Assembly: GCA_000434675.1 (NCBI GenBank)
Contig: HF988640.1
Location: 29,937 to 93,936 of the forward strand
Length of the DNA: 64,000 nucleotides
From: Faecalibacterium sp. CAG:1138
GTDB taxonomy: Bacteria > Bacillota > Clostridia > Christensenellales > CAG-917
Direction: 5' to 3'
Below, piece after piece: positions 9,491 to 17,283 of this stretch. The notes under the pieces are model-generated. The model was not told the DNA's origin and made no database searches. It saw nothing but the letters and a program-made list of their open reading frames with translations. Numbering within the stretch: position 1 is the first letter of the stretch; each line of letters opens with the position of its first letter. The position numbers and the translations under genes were made by a program.

Positions 9491-9688
9491 CACCCCTTGC
9501 CTTTAGGGGCAAGGGGAAAGCAAACGGAGATAACAATAAGAAAAAATCAAGAAATGTCTTAATAACGTTTCAGCGACGCATGTAATGGTTGATATTACGT
9601 TAGCGGAATAATCAAAGAGAGCAATGAGCCGTTCGGTTTCCGAGCGGCTCAAATTGTAAAATAGGGGTATGATGCTTTATCTTATCGT

Positions 9689-10309
9689 TTAGCCATAAAT
9701 CAAAGTATATCTTTGGCGCATTTTGATGAAGTATTCAAACACGGTGGATTGCGCTCGTTCAAGTATAGCGGCGATTTCAGGATAACTCAAACCGTTTTGC
9801 CGACATTCAAGCGCAATTCGCATATTGTCCGTCAAATTAAGGCTGTCAACGATTGAATCATAGACGGTATAGTCTTTGACAACATCTTCTTCAATCTCGC
9901 AAGACGGCTCGCTGACGGGCGTTAAGGCATCAATGCTTACGGAGCGGTAATTATCGCTTGTTTTTCGAGTTATAAATTTTGACATTGCTCTTATGCACGC
10001 AATCTTGACCGATATTGCTTTACCCTTTTTATCGTATGCCAAAACATCGTTTAATTGCTTCCCATAATGATTGCAAAGGAACAGAACGCATTCTTGCACC
10101 AAATCATAACTGTCGCTGAACGTGTGGTTAATGTCGTTTTTACGCCTTATATCAACGCATAGGTCTGCGTATATCTTTTGTATTCTGCTGCCCATATAGC
10201 CGATAAGGAATCGTGTTTCATACATAGCCAACTGTTCTGCTATTGCAAGAACGTTATTTTCCGAGATTGTTTCTTTGAAAACATCATAATCTTTGATATG
10301 TTTTTTCAT
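9689..10309 (-). CDS. Sigma-70 family (ECF/phage-like) sigma factor candidate
   Basis: Start taken at ATG 10309 ('MKKHIKDYDV'). Region-2-like 'YDLVQECVLFLCNH'. Region-4 HTH 'LSYPEIAAILERAQSTVFEYFIKMRQR'. The gene and its flanks are visibly AT-richer than the neighbours. Confidence 0.6.
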   Translation of the reverse strand: MKKHIKDYDVFKETISENNVLAIAEQLAMYETRFLIGYMGSRIQKIYADLCVDIRRKNDINHTFSDSYDLVQECVLFLCNHYGKQLNDVLAYDKKGKAISVKIACIRAMSKFITRKTSDNYRSVSIDALTPVSEPSCEIEEDVVKDYTVYDSIVDSLNLTDNMRIALECRQNGLSYPEIAAILERAQSTVFEYFIKMRQRYTLIYG

Positions 10310-10581
10310 TTGTGGATACGCTCCGAGTTTTATTTGCCTTTCGGCAACAAGACGTCGCAGCACCGAGAAAACTCAAAAACATATCACTTCAAATCACAAG
10401 ATGCCTATGTCAACGACCAGCGTAAATTATTGCGATTACAATAAAACAGTCTATATCTAATCAGCAATAATTTTGCCGTTGATATAGGCTTTTCTCTGTG
10501 CTAAACCGCCAAAGCGAAAGGCAATGACGAACTCGGAGCGTTATATAGTGTTATACAAATAGTGTCCATAAAATGAAATAG

Positions 10582-11025
10582 CAGCTTCTGACGTACGACC
10601 TTGGCGGAGGGAAAAAGGATTTTCTCGTAGTAAACTCCATCGTAAAAACCACCGATTCGGAGAACGAATCTTTCGTAAGGTCGGCGGTTGCGGCGAAATC
10701 GTCGCAAAAAAACGATCATTCCTGCCGCATATATTATCTGTTCCCTCTGCACTTTCTGGCGGACGAGACCATCGTCGGTTACGCCGACGCGGACACCTCT
10801 TACGCTTTCACCGCAACGGCAGAGGACGTAAAAGCCTTCTACGAAGCGTCCGGTTTTTATGACGTGACGGAAACGGAATCGGGGCTGAAGGTCGTCCTGA
10901 AAAGCGGGTTAAAGGTGCTTAGCGGCGAATACGGCGAAGCGGCAAAAACGCCGTTTGAAATCGTTTTCACGGAAGACTCCGAAACGGCGCATATAAAACT
11001 CGTTACTGTCGAGCAAAAAGAGTAA
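10582..11025 (+). pseudogene. Start-less open frame; probable 3' remnant of a truncated gene
   Basis: The frame is open from the stop at 10579-10581 to TAA at 11023-11025, with no ATG/GTG/TTG start or RBS. The distal part translates to a protein-like '...ADETIVGYADADTSYAFTATAEDVKAFYEASGFYDVTE...AHIKLVTVEQKE'. Composition shifts to the local high-GC style near 10750. Confidence 0.35.
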
Positions 11026-11053
11026 ATGGCAAAAACATAACAAAAACGACGCT

Positions 11054-12328
11054 TTATGCGTCGTTTTTTGAAGCTTCAATCGTTTGTTCTGCGGTTTCGA
11101 TTTTGTTTTGTGTTTCGTCGGTTTGGGCGGCTCGCTTTTGGAAGGATACGTAAAGCTCGTAGATTTTGTCGAAGTTTTCCTTAAACACAAAGACCACTTC
11201 CGGATCGAACTGTTCGCCGCTGCACCTGATGATTTCGCGGAGAGCGGCGTCCACGGACCAGCTGTCCTTATAGCTGCGTCTTGAGGTCAGGGCGTCGAAC
11301 ACGTCCACCACCGCCATCATGCGGCTGTAGAGGTGGATCTGTTCTTTTTTAAGCCCCAGATAACCATTGCCGTCCCAATGTTCGTGATGCTGTTCGGCGA
11401 TAACTCTCGCAATTTGCATGATTTCGCTCGGGGAGTTTTGCAGCAGCTCCTTGCCGTAGATAACGTGTTTTTTGACTTCCTCGAATTCTTCGGGGGTAAG
11501 CTTGCCGGGCTTGGACAGAATCTTTTCGTCAACGCCGAGCTTGCCGATGTCGTGCAGCATTGCCGCAACGGAAACGTTGTAGGCTTCCTTTTCGGGCAGG
11601 CCGAAGCCCTTGGCCAGAACGTACATATACGCACTTACGCGTTCTAAGTGCTCGCCCGTTTCTTCCGATTTGTTTTCGGCAATCTGGGCAAGGCTTTGCA
11701 CGACTTCGATTTGCGTGCTTTTCAGCTCTTCAACGAGCTTGTGGTTGAAGGTGACGTATTGAAAAACGTCGGTCATCATGTTCGAAGTAATGTGAGTCAG
11801 AAGCATGATGACGCCGGTGAGAATCAGATATTCGATAAGCCGCGGCAAAAATCCGTAGAGAAGGGCGGATTTATAGCTGACTATCAGCGGATCGTCGTAA
11901 ACAATCGAGAGCGGAACGCTCAGCACGTGTCCCACAAACATCGCTACCACGGTTTCTATGCTCGTAACAAGGTTCATTTGGCGGTTGAAATACAGACAGG
12001 ACGCCAGAATCGGCAGCATCAACACAAGCACCATGTGCATGGATAAAAAAGCAAAACCTATCATCACCAGAACGTTCGTCAGAGCTATCGAAACGTATTT
12101 CACCGACGGGCTCTGCACGTTCAGCACCACCGTCAACAAAAAAATCGTCAGCACCCCAACGCTCAGCACGCCGAACACTATGGAAACTTCGTCCTTGTTA
12201 AGTTTGAAGACCTCCATATAGTTCAGCAAAAACATCACGAGAAAGCCGACGAACGCGTCAAGCGCTATATAGCCGATCATCTTGTTGACCTTATATTCGT
12301 TTTTTATCAATGATTCCTTGTATTCCAT
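11054..12328 (-). CDS. Membrane-bound HD-GYP domain protein (c-di-GMP phosphodiesterase family)
   Basis: 424 aa. About 6 N-terminal TM helices followed by HD-GYP motifs 'AAMLHDIGK', 'HHEHWDGNGYLG', 'VVDVFDALTSRRSYK'. RBS GAGGGG upstream. Confidence 0.9.
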   Translation of the reverse strand: MEYKESLIKNEYKVNKMIGYIALDAFVGFLVMFLLNYMEVFKLNKDEVSIVFGVLSVGVLTIFLLTVVLNVQSPSVKYVSIALTNVLVMIGFAFLSMHMVLVLMLPILASCLYFNRQMNLVTSIETVVAMFVGHVLSVPLSIVYDDPLIVSYKSALLYGFLPRLIEYLILTGVIMLLTHITSNMMTDVFQYVTFNHKLVEELKSTQIEVVQSLAQIAENKSEETGEHLERVSAYMYVLAKGFGLPEKEAYNVSVAAMLHDIGKLGVDEKILSKPGKLTPEEFEEVKKHVIYGKELLQNSPSEIMQIARVIAEQHHEHWDGNGYLGLKKEQIHLYSRMMAVVDVFDALTSRRSYKDSWSVDAALREIIRCSGEQFDPEVVFVFKENFDKIYELYVSFQKRAAQTDETQNKIETAEQTIEASKNDA

Positions 12329-12466
12329 ACGACCCCTCTATATGAAACCTTTATATTCATTCTAACGCAAAACCCCCGCCAAATCAAGCGAAAAAGTCAA
12401 ATTCTCCGCCCGACGCAAAAAAAGATAAAAAAAACCGCAACCTCGCCGAAAAAACCGCAAAAACAG

Positions 12467-12495
12467 TTGACATTCTCGTTCGGATATACTAAAAT
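12467..12495 (+). promoter_or_regulatory. Sigma-A-type promoter of tRNA-Asn
   Basis: TTGACA (12467-12472), 17-nt spacer, TAAAAT (12490-12495), about 18 nt before the tRNA 5' end. Confidence 0.65.
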
Positions 12496-12513
12496 GACTA
12501 TGCTAAAAGATAT

Positions 12514-12589
12514 TCCTCTATAGCTCAGTCGGTAGAGCATGCGGCTGTTAACCGCAGGGTCGTTGGTTCGAGTCCAACTGGGGGAGCCA
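12514..12589 (+). tRNA. tRNA-Asn (anticodon GUU), CCA encoded
   Basis: Manual cloverleaf: acceptor TCCTCTA/TGGGGGA, D-arm GCTC/GAGC, anticodon stem TGCGG/CCGCA with loop CTGTTAA, T-arm GTTGG-TTCGAGT-CCAAC, discriminator G, then CCA. Confidence 0.9.
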
Positions 12590-12596
12590 CAAAAAG

Positions 12597-12625
12597 AAGG
12601 GCACCGAAAGGATGTCCTTTTTTTG
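12597..12625 (+). terminator. Terminator of tRNA-Asn
   Basis: Hairpin AAGGGCA-loop-TGTCCTT (one G-U pair) followed by T7. Confidence 0.6.
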
Positions 12626-12762
12626 TTGTTTACCCCTATGAACCGACGAGCCTGCGCAGGATTTTGCAAAGCAAAACCGCACAAAGGGCGCGACGCGTAA
12701 AGCCGACAACACGGTGCGTTGTCGGTAGCCAAAGCGAGCAAGGGCAATGCCCGAAGCCGGAC

Positions 12763-12791
12763 CGTTGGTTCGAGTCCAACCGGGGGAGCCA
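12763..12791 (+). repeat. Duplicated 3' end of tRNA-Asn (T-arm + acceptor + CCA); not a complete tRNA
   Basis: CGTTGGTTCGAGTCCAAC[C]GGGGGAGCCA matches 12561-12589 at 28 of 29 positions. No matching 5' acceptor strand or D/anticodon arms were found upstream. Confidence 0.7.
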
Positions 12792-12936
12792 TGACTTATT
12801 TATAGGGCGCGAAATAAACTTCGCGCCCTATTTTGACGCCTTTTGGGCGGATATAGTTAAATTATTATTTAGAAGTTTACAAACAAACAAATAAATGATA
12901 AAATCAAAAATAAGATTGTGAAATGACGTAAAAGAT

Positions 12937-13227
12937 TTGGTTTACGCTTGCAAAAAGCAGGTAGGCGGTATAAAATATACTTATCGAAGAAACATCATAA
13001 AGATAAAGCAGAGTTGTTTCGGAGATAATCCGAGCAAATTGTATAAATTCTATTACGTAAGAAACGACGTTTTGGAAAACGGCTATTTCGCAAAAGGCTC
13101 AGTCTGGATTTTTGAAATTCGCTATGAATTTGATGCTGATTCCAACGGATACAAATTCAAACTGTTTATCGAAAGCGCCGATTCCACCAGCAACGGGGTT
13201 TATAAGAATTACTATAAAATAGGATAA
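12937..13227 (+). CDS. Hypothetical small protein (doubtful)
   Basis: 96-aa ORF with a TTG start and no clear RBS, in an AT-rich stretch. The Tyr/Asn/Lys-rich sequence has no recognisable motif. Confidence 0.3.
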   Translation: MVYACKKQVGGIKYTYRRNIIKIKQSCFGDNPSKLYKFYYVRNDVLENGYFAKGSVWIFEIRYEFDADSNGYKFKLFIESADSTSNGVYKNYYKIG

Positions 13228-13294
13228 AAGTTTTGCTCTTTTTGCCTAAACAAGGGCAAAAGAGCTCGGCAGTCCGCGCAAAAACGGAGGAACA

Positions 13295-13594
13295 ATGAAC
13301 GATAAGTTGACGATTATAGTTCGCTATACGACGAAAAGCGGTCTTGCCAAGACTTTTTCTGATGAGGTTCTGAAACTTGGAATTTTGCCCGAAATAAGAA
13401 AAGAGGACGGTTGCGAGGAATACTCTTACTATCTGTCCGCCGAAAATCCGTCCGAGGTCGTGCTTTTGGAAAGGTGGGCGTCGGAAGAAAAGCAAATTGC
13501 GCATTTAGCGGGCAAAGCAATGGAAAAACTGAGGCTCGTGAAGGACGAGTACGTTGTTTCGCAGACAGTCGAAAAATTTAATATCCGAAAATAA
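13295..13594 (+). CDS. Antibiotic-biosynthesis-monooxygenase (ABM/YgiN-like) domain protein
   Basis: 99 aa with a ferredoxin-like ABM pattern ('LTIIVRYTTK...C.EY.YY......VVLLERWASEEKQIAH'). Confidence 0.75.
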   Translation: MNDKLTIIVRYTTKSGLAKTFSDEVLKLGILPEIRKEDGCEEYSYYLSAENPSEVVLLERWASEEKQIAHLAGKAMEKLRLVKDEYVVSQTVEKFNIRK

Positions 13595-13596
13595 GA

Positions 13597-13619
13597 AACC
13601 GCCGGAAAGGCGGTTTTTT
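13597..13619. terminator. Bidirectional terminator between the ABM gene and the GtrA-like gene
   Basis: AACCGCC-GGAA-(A)GGCGGTT, flanked by an A-run on the 5' side and a T-run on the 3' side. Confidence 0.7.
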
Positions 13620-13629
13620 GCAAGCGTTT

Positions 13630-14151
13630 TTATTTATCTTCGGAATCGGTTTCGACTGTTTTTTCCGCGTCGGTTTGTTCGGAAGATTCTTCCTGCTCGG
13701 TGGATTCTTCCTGAGGTTCCTCTCGGTGTTTTTCGGCGGTGTCGATGCTGCCTTTGAAAACGAAGAAGCGTTGATAGAAATATTCCAGAACCAGATTAAG
13801 CACCATGAAAATGGCTTCGATAAGATATTCGTTCCAGCCCTTGCCGCTCAAAAACTTGGTGCAAAGCGCGGACACAGGGGAGAATACCGCGTAAAACGCC
13901 GCCACTTTGAGCATCGCGATAGGCACGTTTGCGGCCGATTTGAAGGTGAATTTGCGGTTGAAGGTGAAGTTCCAGATAACCGACAAAATCAGCGAAATGA
14001 GGTTTGAAAGCCAGGTAAGTTTGTGCTCGTTGTCCCAGTGAAAAACTTCCACCATGAGGGTGTAGCTTAAAATCTGAATGACGCCCGCGCTGACAGAAAA
14101 CAGTGTAAATTTGAGAGTTCTTAGAAGTTCTTGTTTTTCTTCTTTTTCCAT
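13630..14151 (-). CDS. GtrA-family membrane protein with an acidic C-terminal tail
   Basis: Start set at ATG 14151, after RBS GGAGG. Four TM helices and 'NFTFNRKFTFKS', typical of the GtrA family. Tail 'EEPQEESTEQEESSEQTDAEK'. Confidence 0.8.
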   Translation of the reverse strand: MEKEEKQELLRTLKFTLFSVSAGVIQILSYTLMVEVFHWDNEHKLTWLSNLISLILSVIWNFTFNRKFTFKSAANVPIAMLKVAAFYAVFSPVSALCTKFLSGKGWNEYLIEAIFMVLNLVLEYFYQRFFVFKGSIDTAEKHREEPQEESTEQEESSEQTDAEKTVETDSEDK

Positions 14152-14420
14152 AATGACCTCCGTTAATAGATACATTATAGTTTGTTTCTTCAAAAAAGTC
14201 AACGTGGCGAAAAATGTTTTTTTGGTTTTCGAAAAATTGCAAATCGGCAAAATGCGCGGTTTATTGTGAAAAACAGAAATAAAAACGCTGCGTTTGGGTT
14301 TTTGTCGGAAATTTTAACAAAAAAGCCGTTTTTTAAAAAGCGGAAAACGCCGTTTATCATTTCGTTGCTTTTGGCGAAAATAAGTGGTATAATATATAAT
14401 CATATATGCGGAGGGTTCAA

Positions 14421-14876
14421 ATGATAGGCGGAAAAACATTTGCCGTTCTGAAAGCGGTCGTGGAGCTTTCGGGCGGAACGTTCAAGGTTCTCGACGCGGA
14501 CGACATCATCGAAAAGGTCGAAGGGGAGAAACCACAGAAGCTGGAGCTTTCGGGCATAATCAAAAGTCTGGCCGAGCAGGGGCTCGTGAAAGTGAAAACG
14601 GCTTCCACCGAAACTTACTGCATACAAAGCCTCACCCGCGCGACGCTTGTTTTGGAGGGCAAGGACGAAACGGCGCATTCGCCAAAGGAAATTTCGACCG
14701 AGCAGGAAACCGTACGGCCGAAAACCGAAGAAACGGGCAGGTTCAGAACCGCAACGGTGGTGGAGCTTGAAAAAGTTAAGGGGCTTATAAAAAGAGCCGC
14801 GTTTTTCGGCGCGCTGATCGGAGGCGCCCTCGTCGGAGGACTTTTGATAGTTCTTTTCAAACTTATCGTAAAATAA
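14421..14876 (+). CDS. Membrane-tethered winged-helix-like protein (hypothetical)
   Basis: ATG 14421 follows RBS GGAGGG. The N-terminal ~75 aa look wHTH-like ('FAVLKAVVELSGG...IIKSLAEQGLVKV'). Charged linker, then C-terminal TM 'AAFFGALIGGALVGGLLIVLFKLIV'. Confidence 0.55.
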   Translation: MIGGKTFAVLKAVVELSGGTFKVLDADDIIEKVEGEKPQKLELSGIIKSLAEQGLVKVKTASTETYCIQSLTRATLVLEGKDETAHSPKEISTEQETVRPKTEETGRFRTATVVELEKVKGLIKRAAFFGALIGGALVGGLLIVLFKLIVK

Positions 14877-14888
14877 CCGAGGTGCAAA

Positions 14889-15308
14889 ATGTTCGCAAAA
14901 CGGGACGAACTTAAAAACGACTACATCAAAAACGAATTGACCAAAAAGGAAAAGGCCGTTATGTGGGCCATCTTTAACGCTGCCGAAAACGGCGACGGAG
15001 TGGCGATTCTGAAACCCGTTGACATTTTGCGGGCGATTCCGTTTAAGATAGAGTTTGCAAAAGAGGAACTGGAGCCGACGCTTAAGGCTCTGGAGCTGGA
15101 CGAATATATCGACTTCGTGCAGGCCGACAAGGACGGCGAAAAAAACTATTGCGTCAACCTTAAAAACAAAGGCCTCAACTTTGCCAGGACGGAAGCTATG
15201 GTCAAGCGCAGTTTGCGGCGCAAGATTCTGTTCACAATACTTTTTGCCATTCTCGGCGCGACGATATCCATGCTTTGGAAGTTCGTTTTGAGCAAATATT
15301 TCGGATGA
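14889..15308 (+). CDS. Membrane-tethered winged-helix-like protein, paralogue of the preceding gene
   Basis: Same architecture ('[16 protein letters not shown]...[13 protein letters not shown]', C-terminal TM '[22 protein letters not shown]'). Its stop overlaps the uvrB start (ATGATGG). Confidence 0.55.
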   Translation: MFAKRDELKNDYIKNELTKKEKAVMWAIFNAAENGDGVAILKPVDILRAIPFKIEFAKEELEPTLKALELDEYIDFVQADKDGEKNYCVNLKNKGLNFARTEAMVKRSLRRKILFTILFAILGATISMLWKFVLSKYFG

Positions 15309-17266
15309 TGGACAGATTTATTCTAAAAAGCAAATACAAGCCTTGCGGCGATCAACCGCAAGCAATCGAATCGTTGACGGAAGGGCTTAACGACGGACTG
15401 AGGACACAGGTTCTGTTGGGCGTTACGGGTTCGGGAAAAACCTTCACTATGGCAAACGTTATCGCTAACGTGCAAAGGCCTGCGCTGGTCATAGCGCACA
15501 ACAAGACTCTGGCGGCTCAACTCTGCAACGAATTTCGGGAGTTTTTTCCCGAAAACCGTGTGGAGTTTTTTGTATCTTATTACGACTATTATCAGCCGGA
15601 AGCGTACATTCCCCGTTCCGACACCTACATCGAAAAAGAACTGCAGATAAACGACGAAATCGACAAGCTGCGCCACTCGGCAACCTCCAGTCTTTGCGAA
15701 AGAAGGGACGTTATAGTGGTGGCGTCGGTAAGCTGTATTTACGGTTTGGGCGGGCCGGTGGAATACTACAATCAGGCGGTGTCGCTAAGGCCGGGTATGG
15801 AAATCGACCGCGACGAACTGGCGATGAAACTTGTTTCCATTCAGTATAAAAGGGCCGACCTCGATTTTGTGAGGGCCACTTTCAGAATGCGCGGCGACGT
15901 TATGGACATTTTTCCTGCGTCCAACAGCGAAATTGCCATAAGGGTGGAATTTTTCGGCGACGAAGTGGAAAGAATTTCCGAAATCGACAGCTTCAGCGGC
16001 CGAGCGATTTCCACGCTCGAGCACGCCGTCATTTTCCCTGCAACGCACTACGTCATCGGCGACGACAAGCTGGAGGACGCCTTGAAGGTCATTCTGAAGG
16101 ATAAGGACGAGCAGGTGCGCGCTTTCACCGAGGCGGGCAAGCTTATCGAAGCGCAACGCATCGGCGAACGCGTCAGCTACGACGTCGAAATGATAAAGGA
16201 AATCGGCTATTGCAGCGGCATAGAAAACTACAGCCGCTATTTCGACGGACGCGCTCCGGGCCAGCCGCCGTACACGCTTTTAAGCTTTTTCCCGAAAGAT
16301 TTCGTAACGTTTATCGACGAATCTCACATTACGATTCCGCAGATTCGCGCCATGTATAACGGCGACAGAAGCCGCAAGGTCAACCTCGTGGAGTACGGCT
16401 TCCGTCTTCCGGCGGCCTATGACAACAGGCCGCTCACCTTCGAGGAATTCGACGAAAGAGTCGGTCAGCTTATATGCACTTCGGCAACCCCCGGGCCGTA
16501 CGAAATGGAACAGGCGGACAACGTCGTCGAACAGCTTATAAGGCCTACGGGGCTTATCGATCCGGAAATTTCGGTGAGGCCGGTGAAGGGACAGATCGAC
16601 GACCTTATCGGCGAAATCAACGCCGTCACGGAAAAGGGCGGCAGAGTTCTGGTTACGACGCTCACCAAAAAAATGGCGGAAAATCTGACGGACTTTTTGA
16701 AGGAAAACGGCATCAAAGTCAAGTATATGCACTCGGAAATCGTTACGCTCGAGAGGGTGGAAATCATCGGCGAATTAAGAAGAGGCGAGTTTGACGTTCT
16801 TGTCGGCATAAACCTTTTGAGGGAAGGGCTGGACCTTCCGGAAGTCAGGCTCGTGGCCATACTCGACGCGGACAAGGAAGGATTTTTGCGTTCGGACACC
16901 GCGCTCATTCAGACCATAGGCCGCGCCGCAAGAAACGTGGACGGCAAAGTTATAATGTACGCCGACAACGTCACCGGCAGCATGCAGCGCGCAATAAGCG
17001 AAACCAATCGCCGCCGCAAGATTCAGTCGGAGTACAACAAGGCGCACGGCATCACGCCTAAATCTGTCGAAAAGGAAATCGTCAACACCATCGAAATCAC
17101 CAAAAAGATAGATGAAACGCCGAAAACGCCTGTTAAAAACATCGCTTATGAGATTGAGCGCCTGAAAGCTCTGATGCAAATCGCCAGCGACGCGCTGGAT
17201 TTCGAACGCGCAATCGTGCTCAGGGACGAAATTCAAAAACTTAAAAAACAACTGAAAAAGGACTGA
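15305..17266 (+). CDS. uvrB: Excinuclease ABC subunit B
   Basis: '[13 protein letters not shown]', Walker A '[10 protein letters not shown]', helicase motifs and the C-terminal UVR domain '[18 protein letters not shown]'. Confidence 0.97.
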   Translation: MMDRFILKSKYKPCGDQPQAIESLTEGLNDGLRTQVLLGVTGSGKTFTMANVIANVQRPALVIAHNKTLAAQLCNEFREFFPENRVEFFVSYYDYYQPEAYIPRSDTYIEKELQINDEIDKLRHSATSSLCERRDVIVVASVSCIYGLGGPVEYYNQAVSLRPGMEIDRDELAMKLVSIQYKRADLDFVRATFRMRGDVMDIFPASNSEIAIRVEFFGDEVERISEIDSFSGRAISTLEHAVIFPATHYVIGDDKLEDALKVILKDKDEQVRAFTEAGKLIEAQRIGERVSYDVEMIKEIGYCSGIENYSRYFDGRAPGQPPYTLLSFFPKDFVTFIDESHITIPQIRAMYNGDRSRKVNLVEYGFRLPAAYDNRPLTFEEFDERVGQLICTSATPGPYEMEQADNVVEQLIRPTGLIDPEISVRPVKGQIDDLIGEINAVTEKGGRVLVTTLTKKMAENLTDFLKENGIKVKYMHSEIVTLERVEIIGELRRGEFDVLVGINLLREGLDLPEVRLVAILDADKEGFLRSDTALIQTIGRAARNVDGKVIMYADNVTGSMQRAISETNRRRKIQSEYNKAHGITPKSVEKEIVNTIEITKKIDETPKTPVKNIAYEIERLKALMQIASDALDFERAIVLRDEIQKLKKQLKKD

Positions 17267-17283
17267 AAAGTCATAAGTTACAT

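Noticed and set aside
10501-10752. 83-aa minus-strand ORF beside the sigma-like gene.
   Set aside because: It has no RBS and an Arg/Phe-rich sequence with no motif. It overlaps the start-less + strand frame, which looks more protein-like. Neither could be confirmed, so only the + frame is reported, at low confidence as a remnant.
12397-12792. 131-aa minus-strand ORF.
   Set aside because: It spans the tRNA-Asn gene, its terminator and the duplicated tRNA 3' end. It has no RBS, and the RNA features explain the region.
13235-13265. 12-bp hairpin GCTCTTTTTGCC..GGGCAAAAGAGC after the doubtful ORF 12937-13227, considered as a terminator.
   Set aside because: No U-tract follows on the + strand, so it was not annotated. 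It could still be a processing or binding site.
14251-14420. Looked for a LexA (Cheo) box CGAAC-N4-GTTCG upstream of the wHTH-wHTH-uvrB-uvrA unit.
   Set aside because: No match or near-match was visible, so SOS control cannot be claimed from sequence.
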